Shown here: piece by piece, positions 14,401 to 27,599 of the stretch
How positions within the stretch are numbered: the stretch's first letter is position 1
How the letters are laid out: each line of letters opens with the position of its first letter
Assembly: GCA_036172245.1 (NCBI GenBank)
Contig: JAYWIR010000003.1
Coordinates: forward strand, 5,952,001 to 6,016,000
Direction of reading: 5' to 3'
Length of the DNA: 64,000 nucleotides
Origin: Raillietiella orientalis
Lineage: Eukaryota
Made by a program: the position numbers and the translations under genes
Notes under the pieces: model-generated
Told to the model about the DNA's origin: nothing
The model's input: the letters and a program-made list of their open reading frames with translations, nothing else
Databases searched by the model: none

Positions 14401-15699
14401 GACTAACGCCGGGCACCTCCTGTACGCCGCTGCCAGGAGAAGATGAGAGGCGAGGCGGGAGGACCACGAAAACGTGAGTCTGAAGGCCCGCATGGGCACA
14501 CACGGCAATCTGTCAGGTGAAGTTAAGGAACCGCACGAGAAGCGTTACGGGGAACACATATGTTTTTTTTTTTTTTTCTTTGCTCCTCCTCGAAAGGATG
14601 AACGCTCGGACTGCTTTTTGTTTCAAATCACTGTTCGTCAATGGGTAAAATGAAGAGGAGGGGAGGGGAGGCGGATCGACTCCGCTTGAGGGTTACAGAA
14701 AGGAGAAAGCCAAGAAAAGGTCCGCAGGTAAACAGGGCACCTTCTTGTTTAATTAGTTCATCGTCTTAATCGCGCGGCAATTTGGTTCACTGCCTCGATT
14801 CAATAGAACGGACGGCGCAGGTTAAAGTCAATGTTGACCTCTCACCCCTCCCCTCGCATCCAAAGACGAAAACGACGAGCAGCTTTCGAGCAGGAAGCAC
14901 ACGCCTCGTGCAAAAAAACATTCTTCGGTCCTCCGAGAATCTGCGCCCATTTCCGTTTTCCCCTATTCCCTTTAAAAATGGCTAACAGGGAGAACCAGGA
15001 GTTGTTGTAAGTTGCTTACAAGCAGTTATTCAGAAAAGACACACACATACTGAACGATCGTGGAAATCCCCATTTGATAAAGTTGCAGATCTTCCTTATA
15101 CGTGTTGTTGCTGTCGTGGCCGCAATTCATTCCCACCGATCTTTGGGATTCGGTTCGATCTTTCACTGACCAGGGAGGCTTCCAGAATGATTTGCTGATG
15201 CTAAAGGAGCATTCGTTCATCCGACACTTCGGGACAGTCGGTCCCCATCTGATTAAGAGAAGCCAAGGATGTATTGAGACGCGAGAAGAAGAAGAAAAAA
15301 AATGAACAGCTGACATTCCGGAACCTTGTTAAGATAAGAGGGAAAACATTCACATTGTGTATCCTTCCGGATGTGTGATTATGTGCATTTCTTATCAGGC
15401 AAGCTATAATATGATCATTATGAGGGACACGTATTTATCAACTCCTCGGATGATAGCAGTGTGCAATATGGTCCTCCAGGATTATTTACTGCTGGCTGCT
15501 GCGAAATGGAATTCCTCATAGATAAAAACTCGAGCTTGCAAAGACACTTGTAATACAAATAAATAATTCATTTAAAATCCTAATCTAGGAAGAGAGGAGG
15601 GGGAGAGGAGAAGGAAAAAAAAAAAAAAAAAACTGCACTCGTGTATACTGTGCATGTCTTGGCATATTCATCATTGCGCCGCACTGCATATTTGCAAAC

Positions 15700-16438
15700 T
15701 TTCCACAAGATATTCCGGGATGCGTCACCGCATTCCGGAATGCTTTCCAGACCCACTTTTCAGGAACATAATGAGAGCATCTGCCACTTGAAACATTTTC
15801 AAGCTGCTACTAATGAACTGTCCGCGTTAAAATTTGAAGCGACATCGAGAGAGCTGGAACTGTTCTTTCAGGTGCGGGTGGAAACTGCACGGAGTGAGAT
15901 TCCTATGGCTTCTCCCGAGTGCAAAAGAAGCAGCCTCTGCGCGAGAACAAGGACAAGACTTTGATCTCGCCAGCACTGCTGCTTTGCTTATCTAATGATT
16001 TTTCTCCTGAGCGGGTTCAGCTGCTGCCTCGTGCTAAGCAACGCGGGGCCGTGCGCGCAACCCGAAGAGCGAAAGAGGCATCACCATGACGAATCGATTA
16101 AAGCATGTGTTTTCTGCTGATGGGTGTACCGAGGAGTTGCCGTGAGGATCGGATCCATTCCAGCCCGAGGAAGTCCCTCCTCAGGCTGCGCGTTCTTCCT
16201 GGCATGCGCTCCTTCGCTGCCGAAATTCCCCGAAACTTCCAAAGGTCCTGGGAACCTTCAGAGCTCCACTGTCGGTTCCTTGCCTTAATGCACCTGTATC
16301 CAAACACTCCCACTTCCTCGATTTTCATTTAAATAATGGTTATGCCAACAGACACTATGTGTGCTTACGTCTTAAGAGTAATAATGCTTACATGCTTAGG
16401 TCTCTCATCCAAAAGAACATTAGGGATGACTACAATCG

Positions 16439-16480
<42 letters not shown>

Positions 16481-17400
16481 CAACAACAACAACAACAAAA
16501 ATGGCCACAAGCCAATCACACAAACGGTAGTGTTTGATACGAAGAAGAAAAAAAAGACTATGCCAACAGCCGACTGAATGCGCCGCTGAAATGACAGACG
16601 CCGAGCACAGGGCAAGACGGGCGCAAGAGGATCTGTGTGTGGCCACGAGGCTGCTCCTGGTCAACACACTGAACGAAACTGTGGTTTTCGCAGTGTCTTT
16701 TGCGCTTTGAGAGAACCAGCGCTGACCTTCTCGTGACGCGAAAGGTCTCGCGCGCCCGTTGGCGTGTCCTCCCTCCCTCCCCAAGCGCACTTGCACTCCC
16801 AGACTCGGCACTTTCGTCATTCTGCAGCTCATTTCCCCAGGACCACGCGAAAATGGAGTGGCGAGTAACGGCACAAAGTTGCAGCACAAACCGTGGGAGG
16901 CAAAAACAACAAGGCACCAACGGATGCACCAACAGATTTCCACCTACACTTGACAACGACGTTTCGCGCATCACTCTCCTCTCCTGACCACGAGGCAAAC
17001 AGAGGAGTTCTTGCCGGCCCGGCGTGTGTGTGTGCGTTTGCTGCGAACACCTCGAATGTACGTTACTGGTCGGAAAATGCCAAATTGCTTGGACATTCAC
17101 AAATGCCTTGGTAAAGTCAAGGGCAGCGTGCGTTGCCCTTGACTAATCGGATATTCCGATGCAGACTCCCGAGCTCAAGAAGGGGTCGGGGAATCATCGG
17201 TGCAGCATACATTAGGTGCACAGATACACCAGGAATCTCGTCGAATATGAAAGATTTCCCTACGTGAGGCGCTGGACCGTCCAAAGTGTCTGCCTGGACC
17301 CTTCGACCAAACTCAACAAATTCCACGGCGTTTACTTCAAGTGGGGACGGCAAGGTACTTGCCCCCAAGGGTACTCCAAAACACCAGGAAATAGGCAAAG
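15700..17400 (-). mobile_element. Degenerate RLE-type retrotransposon fragment
   Basis: FGYRCIKARN (~WRFIHKARLN, ~16290) and EIPGV (~KYLGV, ~17235). Confidence 0.35.
16441..16498. repeat. Compound microsatellite (AC)n(AAC)n
   Basis: Read directly from the sequence. Confidence 0.95.
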
Positions 17401-18899
17401 GAAGCGCGAAAGGTAAAATAAAATGGAAGGGGGGGGGGATGAAAGAATATTTTTTTTCTTCCTCTACCCGAGCGCGCGTAGATGCAACTTTCATGAGGAA
17501 ATTTCGTTTCCTTGTTTTATAGAGGGAAGCATTAAAAAAAAGGAAAAAATATGGAAAACACGACCGCACATAACAGGGCAGGCTTAATGAAGTCGGCGAA
17601 GGCGATCGCAGAAGCTCTTGAACCGTGAATCCTTTCGATCTTTATATGATCTTCCGATTATCTGAAGATGGAAGGAACATTCCGCTCCTCTGAAGACCAG
17701 GGGACCGAGCCATGCGCTCTCGTCTTCGTCGCTGCTGCCGGGAGAGCAGCCAAAAGGCGCCTGATCCCGGCAAACCGAAGCTCAGGTACAAAGAGGAAGC
17801 AGCGATGGTACACGCCAGGTGATTTCGCAAGGATTCGTCTTCCGACGAACAGTCAGGCCCGGGACACTTTTCCTTCGGTCGGATCACACTTTCCTCCGCG
17901 CAAGAAGGTCTCTCTCTCTCTCTCTCTCTCTGTGTCTGTGTGTGTGTGTCTGACCGTGGAGCAAGTGAACGCTCTGCGGTTACTTTGAAGCTTAGCTGCA
18001 AAAGCCGGGGCACATCACGCTGCCGACAGGCGAATCTGCGCACCTACAAATTATCCCCTAATCGATACCTACGCATGCTTGCACGGAGCCAATCGTGTGT
18101 TTCTGACTCCGCAGGGAAGTGTGGTTGGTAGAACCTGAGAATGTCTGTGTGTTGGACTAAATTTCAAACAGCCTGCATAGGGAGGGAAAGACTGTATACC
18201 CTCCTCTTCACTGCGAGCTCCTTAAATTACGCCAACTGCTTAGCATCCCTCGACATCTGAAAGAGTCTCAATGCTACAAACAGCGAAGACCAGAATCGTG
18301 AGACAGGCAGAGAAACATAGATGTCTTGACACATAGGTGTAATTTCATTTCAATTTATGGGTCCTGAGCACTCGTGACGAGCAGCAGTTTGCTCAGCTCC
18401 AGATGCGCCCATGAATCGGGGCACAACGATTCTTCTATTCCATATCGTAAAGCAAACGAACGACAATCTTGAAAGGAAGATCACGGATTTCGGAAAGGAT
18501 CTGGAAGGATCTGAATCAACTCGTCTTTTCACTGTGAATTCTGCTGCTTTTCAAAAATGAGATACTTCCGTAAAGCCAGGATCAAAAACTAGCAAAAGAA
18601 TCGCTCCGTTCCGAACGCCCTTGGAATCTCACTGCAACGTAAGATCGACGAACCACGTCCTCGGTACGAGCAAAGTAAGTGTCTGAATGATGATGATGTC
18701 CTTTGCTTTAACACCACTCTCAAGGTTTTGGATGATCTACCGACCCCTCCAGCCACATAACCCCCTCCTACACGAAGCGGGCCCGGAGACATTCCCACCG
18801 AGCGATACCATTCCGACCGTCTCTCCTGCTCTCATCTGCGAAATCCGTCTCACTCAAGGGAAGAAACACATGAAATCAGGAGGCTTTCCTTTCAATTTA

Positions 18900-21400
18900 T
18901 TCACAGCCTCTGCTTCGGGCTTTTGAAACGGATGCGCGTCAACTCAGACAAAAGTGCGAATAGGGCGACACAGGGCATGCTGAAACAGATGAACAAAAAA
19001 TGAATAATGATAAAAAAAAAAAAAATCACAGAAAGGAAGAAGGAAGCAAAGCAAACACGCCAAAATGTCCACGAGGTTCGATCTCAGGAAGGGTTCGTTC
19101 TCAGACTGCTTTTCGAAAGGATGTCGGTTTTCCCAGCATTACGCATTTTGTTTGTTGATAGAGAGTCACCACCCATCTTCGCGAATTGAATGGGAACACT
19201 GGATGCTCATCCAGTGTTTCAGTGTAATGAAGCTCCAACACGACACCCAAGGAAAATCGGGAGCCACCCACATAAAAGCTGGAGGAAGCTGCCAAGACGA
19301 AAGTTGCATGTTTTCGACGCGTCTCTGCGCAAGATCAAGATCAGATAGGTCTTTAACCCGCAGATCGGGCTGCGCGAGAGCTCCGTCCCGAGAGTAGCTC
19401 CGCTCGGCCCACATCCCTGGACCCCGCACTGTCTTATCGCACCCCCGTTTCTACTAATCCGCCCTTGGGGCAAGTACTTGCCAACAGCAACGACACAACA
19501 CTCTTAAGATACTCGAATGATTGCTACGATCACAAGCCCACAGTGGGCACTGTGGATGTGTACGCAAATTTCCTGTCCTTCTCGTAAATAGCGTAATCAG
19601 CATTGCAAAAATGTGACGAGCGAAGAAGAAGCATTCCCGGTGCATCAGGGAAGCAGGGACCTCACGCTGGATTCTCTTTTCGAAAACGAACGCACTTCTT
19701 AACGGTGAATCACGCCAAATTACAGAACGACCGACGGATGAATTCATCAAAGGAGACTGAAAGCAAAGAAGTTGCTATTGCTTCCGACTTCTTTCTACGG
19801 CGGCTGAGGTCCTGATGCTAGAAAGACCTTTGGTTCGCAGACTTGCTCAAGAGAAAATTCCTACTAAGGTTTCCAGAGTTTCAACTTGAGAAAATGGCGA
19901 ATTTCGTGAAGAATGATTCCCTTTTCTCTTTTTCGGCAAACTTCACATTTGACGGTGAAGGCACGCAAACACCACGGATGCATGTCCAGATTTCCCGTGC
20001 GCACCCACGCACACTGAAGTCTGCGATGTTCCAGAAACAGTTCGCGTTTTTCACCTTTCGCCGCAAAATGGAATCTCTCTAAGTGAACTCTCGAACGTTC
20101 CCATCTATCCTCAAGCATACAAAAACGCTCTGCTCGACTCTTAGGCATGTGACGACGTTAGATACGTCCATCCTTGCACACGGCCAACCAGCGCCATCAG
20201 ATGTGGACCCACTGAGGATGGGACGAGAAGCAGCAAAGAAAACAGCGAAACTCACGCACTACTTGGAAAATAAACATCTCATCCGAACTGCTTACACCGT
20301 CGACCGAATATTCCCTTCAAAATCTCCACGTTCCCTGCGATACCTACGGCTGAGATGGCACCACCGATTCCGCAATTTGCTGTGCAAGGAAATGGCGGCT
20401 CGCGGTCGAGAAGCGCATTCGCTTTCGTTCCAGATAAAACGCACGGAAAGAATTCCGACTCCGAAGCAAGATGCTGGAGGAAAGAATGTCCAGGCCTTCA
20501 CACATGTACCAAGTCAGCCGCCGACTTTGTACGGCGGCTGCGATTCACGCCTTTGCGTCGCATCGCCGAAATTCACCAACGTGTTCAAAAGGTGGTCTGA
20601 ACAAGAGAATGACAACACGCAACATGCCAGGAAGCCAAAGACCTGGGGACTGAAAGTCTCAGGACAGGCATAATGCGAGTGCCTGAACAAAATTTTTCAA
20701 CACCAAGTCTTTCGGACAAAATCTTCAACCGTATCTTCTGGCCTCATTTTTAAATTGTGCGCTTGCGCTTCGGGCAATACTGCTCACGAGCTCTTCGGAA
20801 CAGGAATACCAACTTCCCCGTTCGGTTCTGCATCTTCCGCCGCAAGTACTCGCGGGGATGCGCAGGTCCGGCAAAGCATTTATACTCGTACCAGCACGTT
20901 CTTTCATGACATGCAAAACCTTGGTGTCTAAAAGCTGCCGGGATTGCGTGACCACCTATTCGAAATTCCGCAGGTCATCGCGAAAAAAACTGTGCCTGCT
21001 TTTTTACAATGGAACCGACGATGTTATAAACTGGGGGTTTTTTTTTTTTTTTTTTTCTCTCTCTTCCTTTTTCCCCTCCCTTCCTCTTCCTACTGATAAG
21101 TGATCTGCGCTGTCACAGAAGTTGGAAACCACGCAAAAGTACTTCCAAGCCGTGGCAGCTCACGGGAGCACTTGAGGGCAATCCACAGAAAACACCCTCT
21201 GATGCGTGTGGCAGTGCGGTCAACACAGCCGTAAAGATCACCAGATACAGCACGTTTGCCCGGCCATAATCAAACTCATTGACGTCACAACTTCATCATT
21301 GGAATGTTCTGCGCTTTCAAAACAAACCAGAGTCCTCCCAAGTCAACAGCGGGTCAAACAGCATTTGCTGTACAATCATGAAACCGCCGTCCATGATGTG
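18900..21400 (-). mobile_element. Degenerate RLE-type retrotransposon
   Basis: SVIWRDSPLR..FVFEKR, QCPLWAC....RVLCRC (knuckle, 19490-19555) and CGLKTYLIL (~LKPDL, 19340-19365). Confidence 0.4.
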
Positions 21401-21809
21401 TATATCGATTCAACGATCATCTTTCTACATGGGGTTGCGGAAAGCATGCGTACGTTACGCAGCCTTAGGCATTCAAAACAAACAAAACGACACACACACA
21501 CACAAATGCAAAAAAAAAAAACATGCGTCTGACATTAAAATGGCGATCGGGCCATCGGTCAAGCCAGCCACCTTTGATGCGTACGCGTAATTTTTTTAAA
21601 ATAACAGACCCAGCAACGACGTGTTTGCCAAGTCCTGGAGAATGAGAAGCCCCCTTCGACTAAGAGATGCCGGAACACAACACGTAATAATAATTAACAA
21701 ATTAACAAAGCATCGTCTTCAAAAGAATGTATTTATCTACACTCAAGTCAAGGGAAATAAGGATATATGCATAATAGGCACAAGAAACCACACGTACTTG
21801 TTTCTTACC

Positions 21810-21815
21810 TTTATT
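21810..21815 (-). terminator. Putative polyadenylation signal (AATAAA) of musashi
   Basis: TTTATT on +, about 730 nt downstream of the stop codon, where the AT-rich CpG-poor 3'UTR-like sequence ends. Confidence 0.45.
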
Positions 21816-22394
21816 TTTATATTACTTTGAATCATTCTCCACAATTATCGCGCTACATTACAAAATACACTAATGAAATACTGAAATGAATCTAGATGCC
21901 CACAAGCCAAAGCGAGTACCTAGAAAGGATATATAGAAAGCACATACATAATCTAAAGCATATTCCAAAATGCCATTCAAAAAACTATTCACACATTACA
22001 ACCAACAAGCTATGAAAATTGTGCTATGCAAAAAAAAAAAAAAAAAACGGAAGGCTTACCATAAAAACCAAGGAAAATAGTGCAAAGAATTATTAGCACA
22101 AACTATGGATAGAATGTTAACTAGTGTAATGGTTTATTCAATGAGCTTTCAAGTTACAAGTGAGACCCCATTGACAGGAATCCCAACAAACTTCAAGAGT
22201 GGGAAACACAATCAAACAAAACCATCTCTACTTACTACAGCTAAGGAGCTGTTGATGCTCCTACAAGTACCAGCAAACATAAAGTAGTGAAAAAATGAAA
22301 CACATGGCAAAGAGAGCAACCAACCCAAACACTGTGATCCAAACACATTTATAATATGGGTGTGGCAACATACAAAAATAGGTACTCTGTGATG

Positions 22395-22542
22395 ACATTA
22401 TTGCTTGTCAGAGGCGAGATCAACGTCAATACTGGCACCTGATGGCACTCTTGAGCACATTATTGCTTCATGAGATCAGCATCCTGAGTGGAATGTGGGG
22501 CACACAGTCTGAGATCAGAACAGCAGGATGTAGGTATCACAG
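22395..22542 (-). promoter_or_regulatory. Cluster of miRNA seed-match sites in the proximal musashi 3'UTR
   Basis: The + strand carries miRNA-sense words, so the mRNA carries their complements: TATCACAG 22535-22542 (miR-2); TGAGATCA 22510-22517 and 22471-22478, plus GAGATCA 22416-22422 (bantam); TGGAATGT 22489-22496 (miR-1); TTATTGCTT 22460-22468 and 22398-22406 (miR-137); ATGGCACT 22442-22449 (miR-263); AATACTG 22428-22434 (miR-8). Confidence 0.8.
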
Positions 22543-22544
22543 GC

Positions 22545-23567
22545 TCAAGGAGTATACAAGCCATAGACGCCCAGTCCTGTCAGATCAAGACCCTGGAAGG
22601 CAGACATGTCCAGATTGGCAAGGGCATATCCTGGAAATGGAGCAGGAGTGAGTGTGGCTGTGGGTAAAGGATAAGGAGAGTAACGATAACTAGCATAAGA
22701 GGGCAGCAATTTCCCCGGAACAGCTGCAGGTGGGTACAGGGCAGATGTAAGAGTGAGAGGTGTAGAGAAATGCATCTGAGCAGCTTGAGCAGCAATGGCA
22801 GCCTGGGCTTGCAGCTGCACATGCCCATAGCTGGCCAGCAGCGACATGCGCTTACTAAGCAGTGCTGCCGTTTGTTGCTGCACTTGTTCCTTGGGCAGGG
22901 CCTTCTTGCATTCCACTTTCTTGTTATTGATGGTGTGAAAATGGATGTCACATACACGGTCCACACTATCCTCAGCCACAAATGTCACAAAACCAAACCC
23001 TCGATGCCGTTTAGTTTGCTGATCCATCAACAGAACAGCTTCCTCCACCTGACCAAATTGGGCAAAATATGATTCCACCTCAGCTGTAGTGGTCTCCTGG
23101 CTCAAACCACCCACAAATATTTTTTTCGTTTTGGTAGTCGATTTCTTTCCTTTGGGAGTGGCATGCTTGGGGTCTATCTTCTTTCCATCCAAAATGTGAC
23201 TGCGATGGTTGAGCACATTCTCCACAGCACTGGCTTCTGTGAATGTGATGAAACCAAATCCACGGCTTCGCTAATGCACACAATTTAAAAACAATTTATG
23301 GGCTTCATTTTACAATGTATACTTATTTAGTCTTTATACCTGGGTCAAAGGGTCTTTCATGATGAGCACATCAGTAACAGTTCCAAACTGTCCAAAATAT
23401 TCTCTTAGTTTGTCAGATGTTGTCTGCCAGGATAAACCACCAACAAACAATTTGTTAAGTGCCAGATCTAATAAAGGAGATGATCGTTCTGATGATGACT
23501 GCGTCTGGCTGTCACTGCCTAGAAAGCTTCCATTTTCATTTCCAACACAGCTATGCTCAAAAGCCAT
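22545..23567 (-). CDS. msi: RNA-binding protein Musashi (two RRMs, Drosophila Msi-type); exons 23340-23567 and 22545-23270, 317 aa
   Basis: Spliced translation [48 protein letters not shown]...IDPKHATPK...KIFVGGLSQ...[16 protein letters not shown]...[12 protein letters not shown], with an Ala/Pro/Tyr-rich tail. A 69-nt GT..AG intron (23271-23339) joins the frames exactly. An acceptor-like TTATCCTAG lies 1 nt upstream of the ATG, so an upstream exon may exist. Confidence 0.95.
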
Positions 23568-25725
23568 CCTAGGATAACAAACTCAGCAGACATTTAAGGC
23601 ACAAAACCTATTTTTTGACAATAAAGCTGTGGAAAAAACTGCATGAAATTTCGAGCAACCATAACAGAATATGCACTGTTCAAGTTCCCAAAACACATAT
23701 TCACTGGAATGGACCAAATTCCTAAGCAGAATACATGCCGCCACGATTATCACCATCATGATCACATTTTACAGCAAATACAATCTTCCGGGAAAACTCA
23801 ATTACGTCCGTATTATTGGGATAATTTCATTCTCACGATAAAAGCACGATGCACTTAACGTGAAACAGTTGATCTGAAGGAAATGTGTACGTATATGTAT
23901 GAAGCAAGACTTTGGGAGTCTTGGTGATGGAAGTTTGCGAAAAGCAGAAACTCTGTTCTTCAATTGCGTGAACTCATTCCCATCACTTAGGATCCTATTT
24001 AACTGTTCAGCAGGGCTTTTCTTATCCTAGTGTTATCCACTGGGCACTTGATTAACGATTTTTCTCATGTAACTACGAACTGAAGCCCCCAAACGCCACT
24101 GATGCTGCCATCGGAAAGTTTTTCGATTCAAAAGCGTTAAGTAATTTTAAAAAAAAAAAAAAAAAAAACCTGTTTCAATCCATTTTACAACACGAAGATA
24201 ACAGAACGAAGTTGTGTATCGTTCTGTACAATTTGAGCTGCAAAGCGCCTTCACAGATAACCACCCGCGTGTCACAAACATTGGGAGTCTGAAACAATGG
24301 ACCGAAGAGAGTTGTCTTCCGGAAAGATGCAGCAAGGTGGAACTACTTAAAAAAAAAACACTTTCCCGACACACTTTTCTGGAAATCGTGCACTTTGCAG
24401 TCGCAATTCGCAAGCTGCGTGTGTGTGTGTGTGTGAATTTGACGAAGGAACGGAGGTTTCCGACATCGTCCCAACTGCCATTTATCAACTTTTCCAATAA
24501 CGGAACCTTTTCAAACGCCGCCTGCTTATCCCCCCCCCCCCATTTGGTACACATACAAAGAGGTCCTGCGTGATCACACACAAACTGAGGGTTTCGAACT
24601 CCGGGTGGTGGTCCTTTCGGTCTTCCGGAGGGTCCCTCCCCACTTCACAATCGCGACTTTTTTTTTTTTTTTTTTTCGAGATCACCGATGTTTTAAGCCG
24701 TTTTCCCTCTCTCAACAAGGGAAGGGCACTCACAGCGTGATTCGTTTTCACTTGGAGGGCGACACGGAACTCACGTCAACACAAACTCGCGTTTTTTTTT
24801 TTTTTTTTTTTTTTTTCTTTCTTTCTTTCTTTCCTTCCTTCCTTCCTTTCTTTCTTTCCTTCTCTTTCTTTTTCCCCTCCCTCTCCGTGCAGAACGCTTT
24901 CGGCAAAGACCCGCTGTTGTTGCCACACCACGAGGAAACTTACACGTCAAGCCCATCATCTGAAATGTGACTTGGTACAGCACTTCATCCAGCATCTGCC
25001 GGCCCGGTCCGTTACTCCGAGGGGGGAGGAGCTGCTGCTCTCAGAACGTTAAGCCCACCATTCGAAAGTGGGGGTTTTTCCGCGCGGCACAACGGCAACT
25101 TCATCAAGCACCTACTGGCCCGGTCCGTTATTCCAACTGAGCTGTCAAATAAGATATCCTCGCACGTATATTTCCTCCTCCTCCCCCTCCTCCTCCTTTT
25201 TGTTTGAGGATACTTCCAGCTGCCTTTCGGGGGGGGGGGGGGGGGAGGGGAAACTTTTTCGAAAGTGGTGGTGGTGGCAGTTTCGATTTCAGACAAACTT
25301 GGACGCTCAGGCGCGGCTTCGTGAACCCGTGCCGAGTACTTTTTTTTTTTTTTTTTTTCCAGATTGGAGGAGTCACACGAATGCTGCTGTGTTCCCTTCC
25401 TTCCCTCCTTTTTTCTTTTTTCTTTTTTTTTTTTAAAAAAAAAAAAAAAGGAAAAAGTCAGAGCAGAGTAAGGGTTTCAGCAGCAAACAAACAGAATATG
25501 CAATGGCTCCGTGTGATTAATCGGCGCGACCTAATTAACTGACTTTTTAACGCGATTGATTTCACTGCACTCGAATTCCGGAATGGGTCGGAAGCACAAA
25601 TTCGAAATCACTGAAACCAAAGGGGTGAAACCGGGCGACGGACGAAACGGCGGTACGGTGTACACAGTCTAACGTACATCTGACGCAACGCACGATCTTA
25701 ATGCGCTCCGGGTTTTCCGATGCAG

Positions 25726-25737
25726 AAAGAAAAAAAA

Positions 25738-25773
<36 letters not shown>
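25726..25773. repeat. Poly(A) run joined to (GA)n
   Basis: Read directly; part of a region dense in A/T/G/C homopolymers (24.1-27.4 kb). Confidence 0.9.
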
Positions 25774-25781
<8 letters not shown>

Positions 25782-26449
25782 GAGAGACGAAGATCAGCAG
25801 CTACTCTCGCTTTCGAGGAGGACAAGCAGCGACGACGAAGAGGAATGCTCGACAAAATTACACAATTAGTTGACGAGCAGAGGAAGCAGCGAACGAGGCT
25901 CATCTGGCGCTGCATCCCAATTACCGCCGACCATTCCTCCAAAACGGTTCCAAATCTTCCCCCGTTTATGGCTATTGCATTATTTGAATTTTCTCCCCGA
26001 TCCACACGGTTCCCATCCTGGAGGAAAAGGCGTACACAAAACTCCTGAATGATTCTGATTTTACAGAAGCCGGTAATCTGCCCCCCCCCCCCCTCTCCCC
26101 CCAAATATCCAGTATAATGCTTCTGGACCACTATCGTGCATTAGGGGACCCACGAGTGAGATCATCGCAGCTTCTGCTCCTCCGAGTCGCTCCTGGAGCA
26201 GACGACTCTTGGCTTTATTTTCTGCTGGAAACGCACATCTTCCGAATGTGTGAGGAGGGGGGCACAGACCATAAGGAAAGGGGGGGGGGGGGAAGAAGAA
26301 AAAAACAAACAAAAAAAACAAAAAGCCTTCCCCAAATTGCAAAAGTGCTTACTCGAAATACATAATTAGGCTGGTTTAGGAAAGCCACTGAGCCATACTG
26401 ATTGAAAGTGAAATTCTGATCCGCTCACGCTATTTAGGGGATCCCGGTG

Positions 26450-26900
26450 AAACCCTTGGATTGAACAAGGGCCTGTTGGCTCAAAATGCGGTCGACTGGG
26501 TCCAGAGTTCGGAATCCACAAAGGTGATCCCTCGGTCACGGTAAAAAAGATTTCCCGCTTCGGAAACGTTTTGTGCACGCATCCTCTGTACGATGGCCGT
26601 ACGCAACCGCAAGGAATCAGCTACTCCGAGAAACCGACCTTCGGAATTCGTAATGCCAGCAGCTTCCCAGTTGCGGGTCATTTGTATGCTTGGGGGCAAG
26701 CGAGTCTGCAACAAGATCACCGGGTGCATCTGTGTGTGTGCGTCCTCGACGCCCAAAGGCCTCGCTGAAATTCTGGTTTGCATTTTTAACGCCTCTTGCA
26801 CCGGGAAGGTTCTCTCCCGAAATTCGAACCTCGCTGATGCTGCAGTCGCTGCATCCGAGCGACAGTCAGAGCATCCTCTTCGCATGCTGATCCCTTCGAA
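26450..26900 (+). mobile_element. RT N-terminal fragment of the same element type
   Basis: VRNRKESATP...TPKGLAEILVCIFNASCTGKVL resembles the conserved 'SAPGxD...DPxGxILAxIFNxCL...VP' region. Confidence 0.45.
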
Positions 26901-27599
26901 CAGCTTCTCCCCCCCCCCCCCCTCTGCTGCTTCTCTCTCGGCAGGGTAGAAAATGACGAGAACTCAAACAGGTTATTAGCTCATCAATGAACGAGCTCAA
27001 CTGCTCCGCCATCAGTTATGCAACCCCCTTAAACATAAAAAAAAAAAAAAAAAAAAAAGGAGTTTGCTTTTGTGCCCAAGTCAAAGGAAGAGTTAAGACT
27101 GTGTACGTAATTTCCACTGGAGACTTAAGATTATCCTTGTGTTCAAATATGGAGTGAGGAAAAAACCGCCAGTGGCTAATGGCGCTCAGCGTAGGCAATG
27201 TTCTTCAAAAACGCAAAGCAAATGTAAAAAAAAAAAAAAAAAAAAAAAAAAGAATCCAAAAAACCTTAATTGTAATTTTTCCTTTTTTTGTCCAAAACTT
27301 ATTCCTCAGGGAAGACTCCATTTCTGCGACATTTTGAATTCTGACCTACTTTTCAATAGGTGTAAATTTCACACCGTTTTTTTTTTTTTTTTTCCCAAAG
27401 CAGGACAAAACTCGAAAGTGGCAGACTGGGAACATTCTATACTTGTTCCAAAATGGAGGCAAAAAACTCCGATGTTTCTGGGGATGAACAAACTTTCGTG
27501 ATTCGAGTTTTTTCTCGGGATCCTCATATACATATTTCTCGAAAAAAAATAAAAATGGTTACACTCACTACATCACTATTTATCCATTATGATGATTGT

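Noticed and set aside
21869..22238. Four Musashi-binding elements (RU1-3AGU) in the msi 3'UTR suggesting autoregulation
   Set aside because: Short motif; the count is close to chance for an AU-rich UTR of this length.
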